A stretch of 63,894 nt of DNA, filler included, from Octopus bimaculoides (Eukaryota), in NCBI RefSeq assembly GCF_001194135.2. It is 6 parts of 6 records of this genome, joined end to end, with 100 filler letters (N's around TTAATTAATTAA, not from the genome) between each part and the next. Parts side by side here need not be neighbours in the genome. Positions count along the whole stretch, not along the records: positions 29,136 to 53,674 come from NC_068992.1; 5 more parts are not named here. One strand, given 5' to 3'. Under the pieces are notes generated by a model, which did no database searches, was not told where the DNA came from, and was given only the letters and a program-made list of their open reading frames with translations. Positions within the stretch are counted from its first letter, which is position 1. Each line of letters opens with the position of its first letter. Positions 39,896 through 53,290 of this stretch are shown here, piece by piece. The translations under genes were made by a program, and so were the position numbers.

Positions 39896-40621
39896 CCTAA
39901 ACCATGTGTATAATACGCACCCGTTCTCTAACTTTAGTCAAGGAGGTCTATATAACGTCCTTGGTTTGTAAACGTATATACGGTAACGTCCTTTATTATT
40001 ATTGTATATATAACATAATGCAAACGTGTAGCTTTTTTATGCACTTTGTTAGCAGAGAGTAAAGACATAACAGTAATAACGTCAGTGAAAAATAAATATT
40101 AAATAAATTGCCTTTCACATATTTATCACTATCAGTTACAAAAGCAAAAAGAAAAACATTTATTCAAATCCTTCAAATACAACGTCACTTTCAGCATCAA
40201 ATAACTGTTCCATTTGTTCCTCCGTAAACATGTCAGCATCATTGTAGTGTAAATCTCCGTCATCGTCAGATTCATAGTCTACATCAGGAGATTCACTTTC
40301 ATTTATTTCATCTTTCCACACAACGTCATCCTGAATACCATCCAGTGCAGACGATATACAACACTTTTATTTTAATAAATGTTGCTTACTGTAAGTTATG
40401 GCTAATACTTTTATGACTACATTGCTTTCAGGCTTAGCTTAAGGTATTTTCGTGCCCGACATCAGAAAATGCGTCTGAATAAACATTGGCGGACAACAAA
40501 TAGAGACTAGGACATTGCTTAGAAAGTATTTTTCATTTTTAACCTCGTATATAGTACGTACTAGGGATTTTGACCTTTCAATTTTGGGGAAAAAATGCGG
40601 ATTATACTCGAGGATTTACGG
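39896..40621 (-). mobile_element. Internally deleted pogo/Tigger-like DNA transposon
   Basis: Minus strand 40366-40160 reads KCCISSALDGIQDDVVWKDE...DAESDVVFEGFE*, like the pogo-family acidic C-terminus. The end ccgtaaatcctcgagtataatccgca is TA-flanked; the other TIR is degenerate (cctaaaccatgtgtataatacgca). Confidence 0.8.
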
Positions 40622-40629
40622 TATATATA

Positions 40630-40785
40630 TGTTATGTCTCAAGCTACTGCTATCTAGCACCTTCGGATGATCTCTACTCAACCGCTACACGACGGCTACT
40701 CAACTCCTACTGAACACGGCTAGACTACCTCTATTTATATGTCTTGGGCGATACTACTTCTTCGCTTGTGTGTATCGACACAACA
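40630..40785 (-). mobile_element. Putative 156-bp solo LTR inserted in (TA)n
   Basis: Minus strand TGTTGTGTC...GACATAACA: TG...CA ends, 8/9 terminal inverted match, internal TATAAAT, ATATA on both flanks. Confidence 0.5.
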
Positions 40786-40809
40786 ATATATATATATATT
40801 GTTGTGTCG

Positions 40810-40854
<45 letters not shown>

Positions 40855-41589
40855 CATATATATATATATATATATATTCCACAAACACAAAAAACAGCCA
40901 TACCAACAATGCAACATCCATCCATCATCAACTGCCCCGCAGATATCATTATGGTTTTGACACCTAGGCGGTACCATTCAATCCGGCAGTATCAACAGCA
41001 CTAAAATAAGTGTTGTTTGGGAACAAAACTACCAAAGAAACTACAACAATCAAACACATTTATACTATGTACAACTGTATCGTAAATAATTTCAATGAAT
41101 AATTCTACAAACATCTCCTAAATATGTAACTAAACATATATATATATATATATATATATATCATTCTGCCATGTGATGGGCTTGAAAATTTTTTATAGTA
41201 GATATAGATGTAGACTGACATACATATATGTATATTACATAGATCCCGCACTCACACACATATATACATGTGTTAATGTATGTTTATCATAATCTTCCCA
41301 TTTGAACTCGACTTCTAATCGTCAATCCCACTTTATATCTAGACACATCAATCACCACCCTCACTACTCACATCACTCCCCGTGCCAAAACCATTTCGCC
41401 TTTTTTTCTCTACCAATCGGCCATAGATTTTCACTTTGAACAATCTTCATTTGCGTTTCTACGTTCTTAGTATCAGTCACAATACACTTTCTAAGCAATG
41501 AAGTACTATTGTCAGAATGGTGTTTCACATTTCTCAGCAAATCAGAACAACGATATTTTAAAAATGTCATCTTCTATTTGCTTCACATG

Positions 41590-41950
41590 ATAGATTACGG
41601 CCATGCTGGGGCATTGCCTTGAAGAACATTTAGTTAGAAGTAGCGACCGTAAGGTTTTTTCTTTTCTATTTTTCCTTTTTTTCTTTTGGTAAACCTGGTA
41701 CTTATTGTATCGGAGGTTTTTCGCAAAGTGCTAGATTACGGTGACGTAAAACACCGCTACCTGTTGTCAAACACAGAAACACACATATGTAGGACGGGAT
41801 TCTTCCAGTTTCCCTTTACTACATCTACCCGCAGAGCTTTGGTCGGCCCGAGGTTATAGTAGAAGACACGTGCCCAAAATGCTACACAGTTGGACAGAAA
41901 ACGAGACCATGTGGATTGAAAGTAAACTTCTTATCACGCGGCCGTACCTG
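41590..41950 (-). mobile_element. Family A SINE (old, decayed)
   Basis: cggccatgctggggcattgcc...aaacctggtacttattgtatcgg...gctttggtcggcccgaggttatagtagaagacac. Confidence 0.75.
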
Positions 41951-42319
41951 TGGATCTTCTATGGATGAATGTTTCTGGACAAAGCCTGCTTCTACTTTGC
42001 GTGAAGTAAGTATGTTCTCTCCTTCCTACAAAAATCTTTAGTCACAATCACTCCCATTAGAAAATGACGACTAACAGAACTGAGGAGTAAAGTAGTACAT
42101 GGTGTTAGACATTTCAGTCGGTGCCAAGATGCTTGGGTTAATTACTCAGCGGATTATAATTGCACGTATATTGTTATGTAAATATATATCCAAGCAAAAA
42201 ATTACAATAACATTTTGGTCAATTCGAAGGTATAAATATTTATAAATTTTTGTTTGCATTTTGAAACAGAAAGTAAAACACAAACACACACATACACACA
42301 CATACACACACAAATATGT

Positions 42320-42915
42320 ATGCACATTACCAAAATGGCAGCAAAGTGCAGACAACTGTCAGGATACTGAGGTCCTTCGAGACAAAAGACAAAGAAACTA
42401 TACTGACCCTGTAGAGAACCTTTGTTCTCAGCCGCCTGGACTACTGCTTCCATTACGTTTACCACATAGTGCCAAACTAACAGCGGAGCCTGGAGCAGTC
42501 CAATGCCACTACCCTAAAATGATTGAAACAGTGCAGCGGATGAGCTACAGGGAGAAGTTGGAAAAATTGCAACTCTACTCCTTGGAGCGAAGATATTTAA
42601 TAATCTACTTATAGAAAACTCTAGAAGGGCTAGTACCTAATTTCTGTATTGTGTGTGATACAAACGCCAAAACTAGCCGCAATTATGTTGTAACAAAGGT
42701 ACCACCTTATCCATCTAAATTCATGACCGGGTACTGCAATAATCTAGGGTTCAAAGGTCTACAGCTCTTCAATGCCCTGCCACAAAAATTAAGAAAAATG
42801 CATAAGGTGGAAGTTGATGTCTTCAAAAAGGAACAAGACATCCTCCTTTTCACAACTCAGGATGAACCAACGGTCTCACTTGAGGTGCAGACGAGGGCAG
42901 CGGAATAAAACTTCC
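42320..42915 (+). mobile_element. CR1-group LINE ORF2 3' fragment
   Basis: With frameshifts: HITKMAAKCRQLSG..LRSFETKDKETILTL..FVLSRLDYC / ELEAVQ..YREKLEKLQLYSLERR.YLII / GLQLFNALPQKLR..DVFKKE.D, matching CR1/L2-type RT C-termini. Confidence 0.85.
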
Positions 42916-43115
42916 CTTCCTCATATACCTAATGGGCCAACAGTATGTTCAATAGAAATAATTTAAGCAAAGTCGATTAATTGAAATGATGATGATGGCA
43001 ACTACAAAAATTGTAGTATGAAATTCCAGTTAGCCATGCAGCCAACAGATGAGAATAGCAGGCATATTTCAATGTGCATATACCACCAGAGCATGCTTTT
43101 GACAATAGCAGTATT

Positions 43116-43158
<43 letters not shown>

Positions 43159-43544
43159 CAAACTTTTGTAGCAGGGATAAAGAAAGCGAACAATATTGCA
43201 GAATTAATATCACGTAGAATCGCATTTTTATACTAGATACTAAAGCGGAAGTGTCAAATATTCATTACAGAAAAATGAACAACAGATGCTCGTTAAGAAT
43301 TTTCATACAATTCTTAAACAAAAAATCTCTTTCTCGGTTTGTTTAAAAACGAAAAGCCACAAGCTTTACTGATGATTCCAATGAAAAACATAGAGAATTC
43401 AGATTGCATTCCCAATATGCGTTTTCGATATTTTCTACTTATTTGTTAAAATTGCGACCTAGAGCGTCATATATATTTAAATATTTCTAGTTTGTTACAA
43501 GATAACTCAGAGTTCGGAAGCATTCTGCCAACGGCATTTACATA

Positions 43545-43880
43545 CAATTCTAAAGCTTACCTACAGGGAGGGAATCAGAAACTCTGAAAGTCCCGGGAAG
43601 AGCCACTCTAAAGCAACCAGGAGGAGATTGAAGGAGCAACAAATGCGAGACTTGCAGGTTATGTTTTCAAACAGTCAGAAGTACAAATACCAGTGACAAC
43701 TACACTACGAGGAGCACCAAAGGGACGAAGGAAGAGAGGGAGATACAAGAAGGCATGACGGGCCTACTTCAAAGAGGACCTGAAGAATCACCTGAGAAGA
43801 AGCAGGTGACGATGACTGGAGACGTCATGCTGTTCGATTTACAGTCAAACAATGAGGAAGGAAGTAAAACTAAGACTGTG
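43545..43880 (+). mobile_element. RTE-clade LINE 3' end
   Basis: LAGYVFKQSEVQIPVTTTLRGAPKGRRKRGRYKKA*RAYFKEDLKN resembles the RTE C-terminal GHV.R....P......P.G.R.RGRP..W....DL motif. Confidence 0.75.
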
Positions 43881-43882
43881 TT

Positions 43883-44325
43883 ACAGGTATTGGTTTCAAA
43901 TCTTGGCACGTGGTCAGCAAGTTCAGGAGAAGGGTTTAAATTGATTACGGCAACCTCAGTATTCCACTGGTATTTATTTTATCGACCCCGAGAGGATAAA
44001 ACGCAAAGTTGGTCTCGGTGCAATTTGAACTCTCAGAACATAAAGACAGACGAACTACCGCTAAGCATTTTGCCGGGCGTGCTAATGATTCTGCCAGCAC
44101 GGCACATTATTGTACAGCAATTATGGCTTTCGAATTTTGGCAGAGCTCAAAAGTTTCGGAGCAGCTAGATACATCGACCCCAATTTTCCGTTAGTACGTA
44201 CGTTCTCGACACCGAAATGATGAAAGGCAAAGTCGACCTCGGCAGAATTAGAACTCAGAACGTGAAGACGGGCGAAATACCGCCAAGCATTATTTCCCGG
44301 CGTGAACACGTTTCTACCAGCTCAG
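43883..44325 (-). mobile_element. Two tandem family D SINEs
   Basis: Cores atcgaccccgagaggataaaacgcaaag (about 43981) and gaaatgatgaaaggcaaagtcgacctcggcagaatt (about 44215). Confidence 0.85.
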
Positions 44326-46064
44326 TACCGTACTGTACTGCAGATATCAACATGTCAATAATAAAACAAAATATGAACGTTATAAAAATTATATTTTTGG
44401 AAAAGTTACTAAATAAAGAATAGTATGGAATATGAGAAAATTTATCAACCCTAGCTAAAAATTTGAGTATAATAAACATGATAATCACTGAAAGCTATTT
44501 TATATCAGAGAATTCGTAACACGTACGTATATATATTTTTTTGGTTTAGAGTATATATTCGTCCCTTCTGTTTCAAATAAAATCAATAATTTTTAACGTC
44601 TTCCTGAGAGTTTGGTGTTGCCGCGACCAGTACTCACGGGGACAGTCTACTCGTATTCTCCTGATGAGATAAATCAAATAATTTCGCCAAATGTCAGGAA
44701 ATTTTATGAGATATTTTGGTTAATGTCTAGCAAAATATAGATTGTGTTGCTTCTTAAACTTAAATATATAACTGCACACGTATTTTCGAAAGCTTTATTA
44801 TTTATGACACGTTTACAACACTTCCACAATTTCGATATACTATACCCATACGTATATACGTATGCGAGTGTTTGTGCTGATATATAAAGATATAGGCTGA
44901 CAAATAGATAGATACATATATACACACATACATACAAATATTCATATATATGTGTATGTGTGTGTATTTGCGAGTACACACACACNNNNNNNNNNNNNNN
45001 NNNNNNNNNNNNNNNNNNNNNNNNNNNNNNNNNNNNNNNNNNNNNNNNNNNNNNNNNNNNNNNNNNNNNNNNNNNNNNNNNNNNNNNNNNNNNNNNNNNN
45101 NNNNNNNNNNNNNNNNNNNNNNNNNNNNNNNNNNNNNNNNNNNNNNNNNNNNNNNNNNNNNNNNNNNNNNNNNNNNNNNNNNNNNNNNNNNNNNNNNNNN
45201 NNNNNNNNNNNNNNNNNNNNNNNNNNNNNNNNNNNNNNNNNNNNNNNNNNNNNNNNNNNNNNNNNNNNNNNNNNNNNNNNNNNNNNNNNNNNNNNNNNNN
45301 NNNNNNNNNNNNNNNNNNNNNNNNNNNNNNNNNNNNNNNNNNNNNNNNNNNNNNNNNNNNNNNNNNNNNNNNNNNNNNNNNNNNNNNNNNNNNNNNNNNN
45401 NNNNNNNATATATATATATATATATACATATATCTATACATATACCTATGCATATACATATATCTATGCATATACACACACCCATACACACACATCAGTA
45501 TGTATGCATGTATGTATGTATGTATGCATGGATTGATTGTTAAATTTGTGTATATAGAGCTACACTAAAAAAAAAATGGTTGTCAATTATTTCAGCATTC
45601 TGAAATTTTGGACAGAAATTCTACAAGAGAAATCAACAACAAAAATAATCTGAGTAAGATAAAGAAGCAGCTATTTGTATTTGTTCGTGTTTTCTCTCAG
45701 ACGTCTTAATTTGACTTAGAATTTTCATATCCATGTCCATTTTTACTGTCTATTGTTGAGTTTATTCACATTTCTATGTATTTAACGTTTGCCTGTATCA
45801 ATATAATTGCCTATCACATTCCTGTTTTTGAGTTATATGGCTTTCAGCAATACAGTGGATACATTCTTTGTTTCTATATTTCATATTTTGCACAAGCTGT
45901 TTGCGTCTGTATAACAAACACATTAACACATAAACACATACATACACACACGTATACACACACGTATACTCACATACACACTCACGTACACGCGTTTATA
46001 TATGTATTCATGTATATATCAATATATTTATACAAATGTAAATACAGAGATATATATGTTTATG

Positions 46065-46139
<75 letters not shown>

Positions 46140-46780
46140 NNNNNNNNNNNNNNNNNNNNNNNNNNNNNNNNNNNNNNNNNNNNNNNNNNNNNNNNNNNNN
46201 NNNNNNNNNNNNNNNNNNNNNNNNNNNNNNNNNNNNNNNNNNNNNNNNNNNNNNNNNNNNNNNNNNNNNNNNNNNNNNNNNNNNNNNNNNNNNNNNNNNN
46301 NNNNNNNNNNNNNNNNNNNNNNNNNNNNNNNNNNNNNNNNNNNNNNNNNNNNNNNNNNNNNNNNNNNNNNNNNNNNNNNNNNNNNNNNNNNNNNNNNNNN
46401 NNNNNNNNNNNNNNNNNNNNNNNNNNNNNNNNNNNNNNNNNNNNNNNNNNNNNNNNNNNNNNNNNNNNNNNNNNNNNNNNNNNNNNNNNNNNNNNNNNNN
46501 NNNNNNNNNNNNNNNNNNNNNNNNNNNNNNNNNNNNNNNNNNNNNNNNNNNNNNNNNNNNNNNNNNNNNNNNNNNNNNNNNNNNNNNNNNNNNNNNNNNN
46601 NNNNNNNNNNNNNNNNNNNNNNNNNNNNNNNNNNNNNNNNNNNNNNNNNNNNNNNNNNNNNNNNNNNNNNNNNNNNNNNNNNNNNNNNNNNNNNNNNNNN
46701 NNNNNNTGTGTGTGTGTGTGTGTGTGAACATAGGAAATAAAAGCAGCTCCAGTGTAATAAATATTTTTAACCACATTTAC

Positions 46781-46985
46781 TTAATGTATTTCCTTCATGT
46801 TCTTGTTTTTGTTTTTTTCTGGTGCTTACAATAGCGTGTATATCCTCCACAACTCTGTTGCAGCCACCAGAAAAAAAAAACATGAAGGAAATACATTAAA
46901 TTTACTCTTTAGGATTTCAAGATATTATGTTATTTCTGTTGAAATGAGATGTGAATGTTATTTTCATTTTTGCGCAATTTAAAAA
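46781..46985. mobile_element. Fold-back joined to a 3' fragment of the DD37D element family
   Basis: ttaatgtatttccttcatgtt / aacatgaaggaaatacattaa inverted arms; 46899-46980 matches 13779-13872. Confidence 0.7.
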
Positions 46986-47369
46986 CAAAAGACGAAGACA
47001 AGTATATAAACAACTAATAGGTGTATTAGTTTAACGATAGACATATATATGCGTGCGTCTCTGTGTGTGTATGTATTTTGCATCACCATCAATGGTGATA
47101 TCGAGAACGAACAAAGACATTGAAGGTACTTAACTACAGAAAGACTCGAAGACAATATGCAGCTGTGCAGGAAGAAACAGCATGCATTTCAAAGCGCTTG
47201 GATATCGACCTTCAAACAGGTTGCAATCAGAATACACAGGTCCAGTGTGAATTCTTCAGTAATTTATTCATGATTTACAAGGAACGCTTACAGCATCTGG
47301 TAACGTGTTTTCTCCAGAATTTCTTTGAAAGTGTTGATGTTTGTCCATGTTAAGATTCATATTGATTTC

Positions 47370-47850
47370 TTTTACTCTTTAATAATTCTACTTGCTTCAG
47401 TCATTTGACTGCGGACATGCGGAAGCACCGCCTTAAAGGATGTTAGTGGGAGAAATCGACTCTTGGACATATATTATGTAAACCTAGTACTTATTGTATC
47501 GGTTTCTTTTGCTGAACCTCTAAGTTACACACCAGCATCGGTTGTCAAGCGATGGCGTGTGGACAAACACACTCACACACAAATATATATATATATTTAG
47601 GTTAGTGCAAATATGTCTGTCCCATATTTCAGATGCTGAAGGCAAATACACTGCAGTTACCGTGGAGAAAAAAAATTCTCTTATGGTAAAAAGGTGTCGC
47701 CCTCTCTCGGGAATCTGAGACATCGGTGTTTCGAGTTTGTTGACTCTTGTCAATCAGATATACCTGAGAGAATATATATATATACGGGTTTCTTCAAGTT
47801 TCCTTTACCAAATTCACTCATAAAGCTTTTGTCGGCCGAGGCAATAGTAG
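47370..47850 (-). mobile_element. Family A SINE interrupted within its (TA)n by a ~175-bp insert
   Basis: Tail 47370-47580, insert 47597-47771, head from about 47784. Confidence 0.75.
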
Positions 47851-49029
47851 AATGTATCTAGGAGAGTTACTTTTCTAATTTTAGTATTAGGTTTTATTTG
47901 GATATCAGCTGTCTAAATATCTTAAATGATCTTTTCTATTTCATTTATTTCACAGCCATGTTTTTGTGTAAAATTCTAAATACAATCGCATTTTACCCTT
48001 CTTTATTTCATTGTTTAGTTTATACAGGATATAAACTCTTACCTGATCCTTGTAACCAATAGGATGTGAAACATCGATGATTTTCTTGAATTCATTAAGA
48101 AGGGCAAACGCCAGCATCAATAATAGTTGCTATACTTCATTGGAATAAGGAGCTTATAGGAATAGCTTGAAGATCAATACCTAAAATTGGATTAATTTGC
48201 AGTTTGGATTGTCGTGTATTTGTTTATGCTATCCAATATTGGCCTTGGTAGATATTTATTGTGTGTAGTTTGAATTGGCTTATATTTATCGACATATGTT
48301 ATCTAGGATTTCATTGTTATTGATATGTAGTTCGCTTTTAGTTGAATTGTTTAAGCTACGTATATTTATGAGTGGGACCAATGCAACAGGAAATTAAGTA
48401 TCTTGCTGAAGGATTCGACACTCCACCAGGAATCGACACCGTCTAAGTTACAGTATATTAGTAAATCTTTTATGTATATCCATGTGTATATATATACACA
48501 CACATATATATATATATATANNNNNNNNNNNNNNNNNNNNNNNNNNNNNNNNNNNNNNNNNNNNNNNNNNNNNNNNNNNNNNNNNNNNNNNNNNNNNNNN
48601 NNNNNNNNNNNNNNNNNNNNNNNNNNNNNNNNNNNNNNNNNNNNNNNNNNNNNNNNNNNNNNNNNNNNNNNNNNNNNNNNNNNNNNNNNNNNNNNNNNNN
48701 NNNNNNNNNNNNNNNNNNNNNNNNNNNNNNNNNNNNNNNNNNNNNNNNNNNNNNNNNNNNNNNNNNNNNNNNNNNNNNNNNNNNNNNNNNNNNNNNNNNN
48801 NNNNNNNNNNNNNNNNNNNNNNNNNNNNNNNNNNNNNNNNNNNNNNNNNNNNNNNNNNNNNNNNNNNNNNNNNNNNNNNNNNNNNNNNNNNNNNNNNNNN
48901 NNNNNNNNNNNNNNNNNNNNNNNNNNNNNNNNNNNNNNNNNNNNNNNNNNNNNNNNNNNNNNNNNNNNNNNNNNNNNNNNNNNNNNNNNNNNNNNNNNNN
49001 NNNNNNNNNNNNNNNNNNNNNNNNNNNNN

Positions 49030-49093
<64 letters not shown>

Positions 49094-50020
49094 ATGGGTT
49101 CCAGAATTCACAGTCTCGAATTGTGTTCACTTGCCTAATCACGTGCTCTAGCATTTTCATATTTATCTTTTTGTTACGATTTCTCTTCCTTTCTCTCTCC
49201 CTCTCATAACCCGTGTTTCTCATCCGCTGTCTCTTGATTGGCATCTCCCAGCGTCGGCGTAGATATCTTTGTTATACTCAGTGTAGTGATGGAGGATCTG
49301 TTCGCGAAATCATTATATATTCGCTCACCTACTTTTCAATCCCCTTCTTAATATTTCCCACTTTTTCATTTCATAATCTATTTCACTTCATTCCACTTAT
49401 TCACGAATCCTTTTCCTGTTTATCTATTGACTTATCTCATATATAACATCTCTTCATTAATAGTTTTTTTCGAAGCAAAACGCAAATATTTTATAATGTC
49501 AATGTAACGGAAAACATTTTTTTTTTCTTATTCTTTACCTTCCCATATTTCAAAATAGTGATTAAATCGTAAGTGACATTCAATTGCTGTCATTACAATT
49601 CACCGTGATTTAGCTTTATCGAAGCTTTATCTCATGCTTCTCTATTCGCTACATCAGTTTTCTAATTAAATTAAAACCCCAAACTGAAATATTTCGTGAG
49701 AGATCTGCGTAAGTATCTTATCGCACTTACCACTGCTTGTCTCTTAGCAGTCCAAAATGTCCTTCCTTTCTCCCTTGAAATATCAATATCAACTGAAGTC
49801 TAAGCGGCGCCGGCTGACACAAGGCAAGTCTAGGAAAATTTAAGCCCACACGGTGTCCGCGTCATTCCTGGTTTATGAGAACCAATTTCTACTTGAGGGA
49901 GAGGTGTGGGTGAGTGAGAGAGAAAGAGAAAGAAAAGTGAATGAAAGAGAGCTAGAGAAAGTGAGTGCAATAGAGCTACAAAAACTAAATGAAAGACAGC
50001 GATTTAGAGACAGAGAAGGT

Positions 50021-50067
<47 letters not shown>

Positions 50068-50779
50068 NNNNNNNNNNGAGATAGAGTAAAATGAAAGGGT
50101 TGCTAGAAAATCAACATCTGTAAAGCTGTTGTTTTTTTCTTAACGTTCTCGAAATAATGAATGGCAATGTAAACCTAACGAAATCTGAGCGCAGTGCACA
50201 GTCCCAGAATAAACATCACAAGGCATTCTATCCGACGTCCTACTGACACCCAATCTACAATATATCCTAAAAAAGGTTTCTTAAGATGTAAACAACTGGG
50301 TGTAGTTTTGTCCAGGAAGGTAAACAGGTACCATTCTCTGACATTTGATAAATTGTATTAACTACCAGCCGCTATAAACCATATATTAACTTCAGAGTAT
50401 AGATATTAAGGTTAGTCTGCTGTAGACCTTGCACCAATGATTAATTAACGCCACATATACCTGATTGTTAGATCCGAAATTTCAAAACCGCCAGGTTTCA
50501 CTGTGTATTAATAACTCAATAATGTTTTTCTATGAATAAATTTCCAATGAATCAGTCTGACTGAACTTACTAGAAAATCTGTGGAAACGGCAAATGTTCT
50601 AAGTGATCTGTGGACAAAACCCTATCTATTCATTAGCGTAATGATGATTCCATTGACAAAATATATATCAACGTATAATTAATGCATATTCTGTTGAAGT
50701 CACGTTTTAATTTTTAATCTAAGCTTCAATCCAAGTCTTGGTAATTATAAAATAATTTAATTATGGTATCCACATTTCT

Positions 50780-50880
50780 TGCGATGGATTGGCGTCCCGT
50801 CCAGCTAGTGGGGAACACATACGCCATGGAAACCGGGAAACTGGCCCTATGCACATCAAGGGGCTGAGAGGATTTCCCTT
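50780..50880 (+). mobile_element. Family E 3' fragment (V-domain-like)
   Basis: gcgatggattggcgtcccgtccag...gaaaccgggaaactggccctatg. Confidence 0.65.
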
Positions 50881-52400
50881 CCATCATCATTTCAGCTCAT
50901 TTTATATACCGTTAACGAACAAAACATATTTCCAGTATATATCAACGTGCTTCTATACCGATATACCAACACACATGCACACACATACTCACACGCACGC
51001 ACACACACGCACATAGAAGAAAGGTCCGAAATGTTAATCGTTAAACAAGGTATGTTAACACTGTTGCGAGGGTAAGAATTTTGATCTTGCAGTCATGAAG
51101 TTTCGACTTTGAACTTATGGTTTAGCACTAGAGTACGTGCTTTGTCTTGTGAGAAACCCTTCCAGTGAATTGTGGTCAGGCGAAATATATGCAAAAGTCC
51201 GTTGTATGGAATGAATTTCCTTATGGGCAAGAGGGGGCGGTAAAGATACCCTATCACCCGGCTCAGACAATCGACCGCTCCGTTGGATAACATTAGATGT
51301 GTCTAATCATTTTGAAAGTACACAGAACAATTATCTGGTCCGAGAAGAATTCGAAATCTCGATACACTGCTTCATATTTTATCTGATTTTTTTCCATAAG
51401 GCTAAGGCATACCATTACATCCTATGAAATAAAGAAACTGAGCCATTTTGAAAAATAAAGAAATTATACCATTACATCCTATGAATATATTATGCTAAAA
51501 TGATAAAAAAAAATTAAATAAAAAAAATTTGGTGATCCAGCATGGTCATGGCCTCTGGTTGAACCCCATAAAAGAATAATAGAATAAGCAAACATATGTT
51601 ATTGATGAAACAGTCAGGGTAAACCTCAGTGCTTAAGGGATGGTAATCCAGCACGTCATTAGAGTCCTAACGAAGTCTTCACATGCGAGGTGTGGAGACA
51701 AAGACTATAAAATTCGTGTCCCAAATGTTAATTAAGTAAACAGCAACGCTACTGTTTACAGCAGTGGACTGTATCAATTTAGAGCTCTGTGCTACTAAAA
51801 TAGAATTTACTTGGGTTAGAGTGCAAAGTCAATTATAGAACCGGCCATCTGTCAGTGTCGCCACATACAATTGTAAGCAAATTTGTGACAAGCAAATGTG
51901 TCAGTGATTATTAAGGAAAAAAAAAAACAGAACAAAACACAATGAAAATAGACGAATTGCTAAATATCATAAGGAAGAGGAAATTCGTATATATGTGCAT
52001 AGATTTATGTACGTATACTTATATATATACTTACATGTATGTATATAAATATGTATATATATATATATATATNNNNNNNNNNNNNNNNNNNNNNNNNNNN
52101 NNNNNNNNNNNNNNNNNNNNNNNNNNNNNNNNNNNNNNNNNNNNNNNNNNNNNNNNNNNNNNNNNNNNNNNNNNNNNNNNNNNNNNNNNNNNNNNNNNNN
52201 NNNNNNNNNNNNNNNNNNNNNNNNNNNNNNNNNNNNNNNNNNNNNNNNNNNNNNNNNNNNNNNNNNNNNNNNNNNNNNNNNNNNNNNNNNNNNNNNNNNN
52301 NNNNNNNNNNNNNNNNNNNNNNNNNNNNNNNNNNNNNNNNNNNNNNNNNNNNNNNNNNNNNNNNNNNNNNNNNNNNNNNNNNNNNNNNNNNNNNNNNNNN

Positions 52401-52443
<43 letters not shown>

Positions 52444-52874
52444 GTGTGTGTATATATATATCATACATACGTACATAGGTGTATATAAGTATGTATGTAT
52501 ATGCATGTATCTGTATGTGCTTGTTTGTGTACATATATATGTATATATATCTTATAGCCGGTTAAGAAGTTCGCTTCGCCACACCGAGATATTGAACTCA
52601 TCACCTTGCGTGGCAGCTGGTATGAATGATTTTCAGCATCTGTTTAACCTCACATTTTATGGATAACATTCAGTCGACGAAAGCTGCACATACACCCGTG
52701 AAGCAGATTCTATTTTCAGTGCAAGAGGAATAGCATACAGACACACTGAGAAATATATTGTTCCTGCTTAAAAATTACATTAAGTGTACGTTTGCAGCTA
52801 ATTCTTTACCTCAAATCCGAGTTCATTTTGTATTTTGGAAATTCACAATTCGTCTGTATATGGAATAAAGTTGT

Positions 52875-53290
52875 TGTATTTCGGTAGGTGCACCATGTTT
52901 CTCATTTGGGTCTCCTCCACTGGCTTCAGAAGCGCGTCGCAAATTTCATTGGTCATTCCTTTCGCTTTAAAGCTAGTCAACTTTCGTCACATAGACATGG
53001 AGTTGCCACTCTAAATATCTTCTATCGTTACTACCTCAGGAAGTATTCTGATGAAATTTCTTACTTCCAGATCACTTTCTGCTATTTCGTCAGATTAGAA
53101 ACTCACAGAATCTTTATCAAAATGCTGTTGTGGTGCCACAAATAAGTAAGCCTTATTTGTCGTGGCATTATCTATCGAACCACAAGACATTGGAACTCAC
53201 TACCACCTCATTATTTTCCCTTTTCTTACGACCTCAACAAAAGTAAATTCTTTCCTTTCAACTCCATTCCGCTTTCCATATCCCTTACAT
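52875..53290 (+). mobile_element. CR1/Zenon-like LINE ORF2 3' fragment
   Basis: GLLHWLQKRVANFIG..LSSHRHGVATLNIFYRYY..KYSDEI, then RTTRHWNSLPPHYFPFSYDLNKSKF, like Zenon-type CR1 C-termini (RRDVASL.IFYR.Y.G.CS.EL / RT.LWN.LP..FP..YD..FK). Confidence 0.75.

Noticed and set aside
44655-44702. Hammerhead-like CTGATGA...GTC segment
   Set aside because: The required GAAA is GCCA, stem II is only 2 bp, and stem I does not pair in register.
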